The notes below the pieces were generated by a model, which searched no databases, was not told where the DNA came from, and worked only from the letters and a program-made list of their open reading frames with translations. A stretch of 64,000 bases of DNA from Podarcis gaigeae. Lineage: Eukaryota. Of the stretch, positions 59,197 through 64,000 are shown piece after piece. The translations under genes were made by a program, and so were the position numbers. Position 1 is the first letter of the stretch; each line of letters starts with the position of its first letter. Where the stretch lies: the NCBI GenBank assembly GCA_964106915.2, contig OZ066915.1; one strand, written 5' to 3'.

Positions 59197-62100
59197 ATTA
59201 TAGGCATTAGAGTATGACTTGGGACCTTGGGGTTCATTACTACGATTACTACTTCTAATGTTTTTCAAAGTTTTAATACATACATGTTCTACATATTTTC
59301 TTCCATCCATTCTTGTTGAATCCATATGAGCATCTTTCTGTCCTCAGTTACTGTAGAGCAGAGCAAATCCTTCTTTAAGGATTTTTCAATGCAGAACTGA
59401 GATTGGCTTTGCTTAAATTGTACGAGTAATAGCAGCTTCCTACTTTAGGGTTTGGTTGCTTACACATCACTGTGTATAAATCCCTTCCCCTCATTAGCTA
59501 GCTTGTTCAACATCACTGAACAAGGTGGTTCAGTGGATTAAATGTTGGACACCGGAAGCCCTTCGACAAGTCACTACCTCATGGCCTTCTTTCTCTTCGT
59601 GAATGAATGAGGTATGGAAAGTTCAATTGCAAGTTTAAATAATCAGTTTGCACTCCTGTGGCTGTTTTATAACAACTATATGATCTACTTGTGGAAGCCT
59701 TTTGCTTATCTTTTGTTGTTGATCAGGCAAGGGTCCCTTTTTGGACTCCTGCAGCGCTTGTCCTTAGCAGTTTGCACCAAAGGACTGAGGAAGTAGCTTA
59801 GGGTTGGTTGTTTAGGTTTCCTCTCAGTAACTTTATCTGAGCACTTTCTGGTCCTATCTACTTTCTCATGGATAATCTCCTTTCATTTTGTTGAACTCTT
59901 CCTGTAAAACAGTTTCTGCTGAATAGCACATGAGTAGTGGGCTATTTTCACATCATGCTATGCTTCAAGCTTCCTTCTGTGCATGTAAACCTATAAAGAG
60001 GCTCATCATTTATTCAGCCACAGGTAATTCTCATGCACGCTTAACATACCAAAGAGAAAAGTGTGTGTAAGGAAGGAAGTAGGCTGAGAGGAAAGAGGCA
60101 ACACTCTTCCCTTATTTTCTCTCTTAAATGAATTTGATAACCAAAGCTACAAAATCAGGAAAGGGAGGAGAATATTTGGGCTCCAGTTTGTGGCTGATAA
60201 TGTTCAAGACTGAATTATAAGGAGGAAAGAACTGGTAAAATCAGGCAGTGTAACTTGGTGTCAAGACAGCCGCAGAGTTTTTTCTAAGCACCCATTCTTG
60301 CCAGGGCATGTATGTGTGTCTTTAGTGGGCATGATCTATCAGAGTGATTTAGCCAGAGATGCATCTGCATTTTTGAAAAGGCTGTTTTTGCAGCAGCTAG
60401 CGATGAAGCTTTCTTTTGCACAAATAAGTGTGTTCTTTTCCACCTGCCATACCATTAGTAGAAGAGTATTGGAAGCTTCTTTAAAGGTTCTTGATAGCAG
60501 ATTATCCAAATGCAGTTGATGAATGTTCACTGTCAGGAGCAGGAGATTTGGAGTCTGCATTTCCCAGGGTCTAATCATCTCATAGGGCAGCTGAGTGTGA
60601 CTCCTTCCCCAATAATCTACTTAACTCAGTAGTTTTCCCCTCCTGTTGCCTCACAAGGAGAAAGAGGCTCCTAGGCTGTTTGCATGATAAGTAGCTTCAG
60701 ACTCTCCAAGCCTTTGAAGGGAAAGCTGAGAGTTAATTGTGGCAGCTTGAACTAATGGTTTCCCATGTTTACTGGTAGGTTAAGTGAGAAAGAGAGCTTG
60801 AAAAACACCCTTCATTTAAGTGCAGTAATGGGCCTTACAGCGAATTTCAAGAGACAACATGTTAATAACTATTCTCTGTTCTGGGAGAAAGTGTTCGCCA
60901 TGTTCTAAGGCTGATGGATTTGCAGGAAGGGTATGGATAAGTACATCAGGGTTTTCTCTTGGGGGAAATTAACTGGGAGATACTCTTGTTTAACTTTTTA
61001 AACATCTGCATAACCACTGTGGAGAGTTACCAGAAAGCTGAGTGGCCTTTAGGTGGTAATTGATCATGTCTCACGAAAGTCCAACTCACTGCATGTAAAA
61101 ATGCCTACCTGTGTATGTAGGAGATAGACATACCCACAGGACTCATTTTACAAGTAAACCAAATATATGCTACTCCATAACTATTGTACAATGCTGTGCT
61201 TTAGGTTTGTGCTGTTCATTTAAGTTTAGAATCATGGTTAGAAGCATTGTATTTGCCGTCAAATGGTAAAATAATTCCTGGATTTTCATGCAAAAAACAG
61301 TCAAAGAAGTGTTAATATCTTCAGCAGATTTATTAGACTGCACATAATCACGATGTCTGAAAACTTTACATAGAACTTAAATGCTTAAAAATCATCCCAG
61401 TTTCCTGGAACATTACAGGATGGTGCACCCTGGGCCACATCATAATATACAGAACCAACACTGGTTTGAGTTACTTAGGTATTCTGGAAACCAATTTAAG
61501 GTGAATTATTTCGAGACACTCCGTTCAGGTGTGCAACATGAGCATGGAGAGATTCTGGCAGTAGACTTGTAACAGCTGTTACAAGCTGTTAGGCAACTGC
61601 GATCAAATTTGCAAGTTTAAAGGAATGACGCAAGCAACTGCGGCTGAGTGTATCATTTGTATCCCTTTTTTTCTAATGAAATTATGGCGTGTTCTTGGAG
61701 TCCCAGATGTCTCTAAATTGCATTGTTACCCAGTTTATAGATCAGTGATTCCTTAACATGGATTGATGATCTAGTAACAGGTCACAGGAGGCTTGTGGTG
61801 CTACCGCCAAAGTTTCAGCAATGAGCCTTGAAGAGAAGCACAGCAAAAGGTGCTAAGGGGGCTTCACTTTAGAAAGTTAGGCATGTGTTGGTGGTTCTCC
61901 AGTAGGGCTGCAGGGGTGCGACACAGAGTAGGATATATTTGGTCTTAAGTCATCTACCTGTAAAATGAGTCAGAGAGGTGTGAGATCATACTCATGCTGT
62001 GGGCTGGGAAGGGGTGACAGAGGGACTCCCATTTTTTGTTTTATGGTATGAGGACAAAATGCCAGCAATGCCTGATGCAATTAAAACTTAATAAAGATAA

Positions 62101-63249
62101 GGTGCGAGCTCATATTGGCTAGATTGAGCTCTATGGCTCTTGAAGCCAAGTTGGCATGATCTGTGCATTCTTTCAGCCCTGATGAAATGAAAAGTGAAGG
62201 AATGTTGCATGAAACAAATCAGTTTGGATACTTCAGCAAAATCTCACTTGTGTGCTTTGAGGGTGGAGGGGAATGCATCCCAGTCTGTTTGATTCTCATT
62301 GCCAAGTATTCAGTCAGAGATGCTGGAGTCCCTTGCCTCTCTTGCATTAGACTTGTGTTGGAACTGATGGACAAGGGTTCACCAATAGTCGCAGGACTGG
62401 AAAAGAAATGTATATCCTCCTAGCTATAGGATGGCTTGAGTTGCTTAAATGAGGATTTAGGAACATAAATACTGAAGGCACTTGTGTTCTCTTGCTTTGT
62501 ATAATACCTTAGCTTCTGTCTTGAAGAGTGAATATGTATTATCAGGCAGAGCATAAACTCAAAGTGTGTGTGTTAGTGGAATTCTTAATATATTATTTAA
62601 TATCTGCATTTCCCATGGGATGTGTGCATTAATCCATCACACAAAAATCTGTTTGCTTCATAGGTTTGTTCTCTTCAGGATGAAAAATTATGTAGCTGGA
62701 ATTTTTCATGCTTAATTTCTCAAAAACTGATTTATGATGGCAGTGGAGCTAAGAGTTTTTCATTTGTGATAACAGGGCTATGATGGAAATAGAGAATATG
62801 AGCCTGGGGACTGGGTAACCCATACTGAAATGTTTATTGCTGTCTTTGAAATGCAACATATTAGGATGAAGATGTGTCTTGGTAAAAGAGAACAGAGCAG
62901 TACCAGGCCTAGGGGATATTTTTAGTCTTCCAATAATTGAATGCATTAAAGAGAAATCACTTTCATTGTCATACTGTGATCAAGAATGCAGAAGTATTCC
63001 AGGGACCACAAGGCCCATAAGGATCTAATATTTTCAATATACCCTTCTATTTGGGTATAGACCTTTTTTGCATTAACATGGAAAAAAACCCCAGCCAGTG
63101 TATTTCTCCCAAAATATCCTTTCTTTTTGTTGTGCTGATGTAGTCGCCTGAGTCAGGGCTCACTTTTTCTTTTGCTGGAATGTCTACATGCCTGCTCGTA
63201 TGTTGTGCATGAAGAAGACAATAATTCTAGAGAAAATGTCTATTCTGTA

Positions 63250-63578
63250 AAAGGTAAAGGGACCCCTGACCGTTAGGTCCAGTCGCGGACAACTCTGGGG
63301 TTGCGACGCTCATCTCGCTTTACTGGCCGAGGGAGCCGGCATACAGCTTCCAGGTCATGTGGCCAGCATGACTAAGCCGTTTCTGGCGAACCAGAGCAGT
63401 GCACAGAAACACCGTTTCCCTTCCTGCCAGAGCGGTCCTATTTATCTACTTTCACTTTGATGTGCTTTCGAACTGCTAGGTTGGCAGGAGCAGGGACCGA
63501 GCAGCAGGAGCTCACCTCGTCGCAGGGATTTGAACCTTCTGATCGGCAAGCCCTAGGCTCAGTGGTTTAACCCACAGC
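63250..63578 (-). mobile_element. Sauria SINE, nearly full length, lacertid-type
   Basis: 'aaaggtaaagggacccctgacc.ttaggtccagtc…cagcttccaggtcatgtggccagcatgac…gcttcgaactgctaggttggcaggagc…gatcggcaagccctaggctc.gtggtttaacccacagc' matches the recalled reverse complement of Sauria SINE with its ACCTTT tail. Confidence 0.9.
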
Positions 63579-64000
63579 TTATGCTACATTTGTGGGTGGG
63601 TGGTTTTTTTGTTGGTGTGTGTGGGGGGGGGGGAATAGAGACCAGGTTGCAGTAGCTTGGTTGAGAGCATGCTCAAGTGGCTGCTGCTGAACTTACAACT
63701 AGAGGTACTCACTGTTCCAATTTGAGCAATTGTTGTGGCTCAGGAAAGGGCTTCCATGACGACAAAATCATGGTACAGTCCCAGTGTGAGGGTGCTAGTT
63801 AATACAAGCAGCACTTGCATCTCAGTGCTTCCTGGCTGCTATGTCAGCATGCTTCTGCATTATTGAAGGTAGGGAGGCAACCAAACTGTGCATCTCTTTA
63901 GTTATTGTCTTATCTTACTATAGAATGTTTTTGTAAGAAAAAGGTGATTATGCTGCAGCAGTTTGCCTCTTGGCGGCCATGTAAACTGCAGCACAGCGAG

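Noticed and set aside
47446-64000. Final STX8 exon encoding the transmembrane anchor
   Set aside because: By eye I found no phase-1 acceptor followed by a hydrophobic (G)M.VI.LLL.AI.VVA.WP-type peptide. It presumably lies downstream of the window.

Overview
This is vertebrate genomic DNA, almost certainly a squamate and probably a lacertid lizard (Sauria SINE, Squam-type SINEs, CR1/L2/L1 LINE fragments). It is not prokaryotic. The window lies inside the syntaxin-8 gene (STX8, + strand) and holds five internal coding exons (95, 111, 125, 93 and 102 nt) that splice in frame into the Habc C-terminus, linker and Qc-SNARE motif. The first exons and the transmembrane exon were not found in the window. 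The intron at 2017-2797 carries minor-spliceosome (U12-type) signals. The rest is intronic and contains LINE/SINE fragments, many non-autonomous hAT and Tc1/mariner-type MITEs, and several candidate conserved non-coding elements. The most unusual structure is a 2.4-kb composite non-autonomous hAT element (56334-58730) with a perfect 8-bp TSD. It contains one end of a different (pogo/Tc2-like) DNA transposon and a 14.5-copy, 118-bp, CpG-rich array in which each unit is two near-perfect palindromes. A 304-bp element with the same ends but a different interior lies in inverted orientation at 27672-27975. The six long ORFs over the array are artefacts. Repeat-family names come from recalled consensus sequences, not from a database search.
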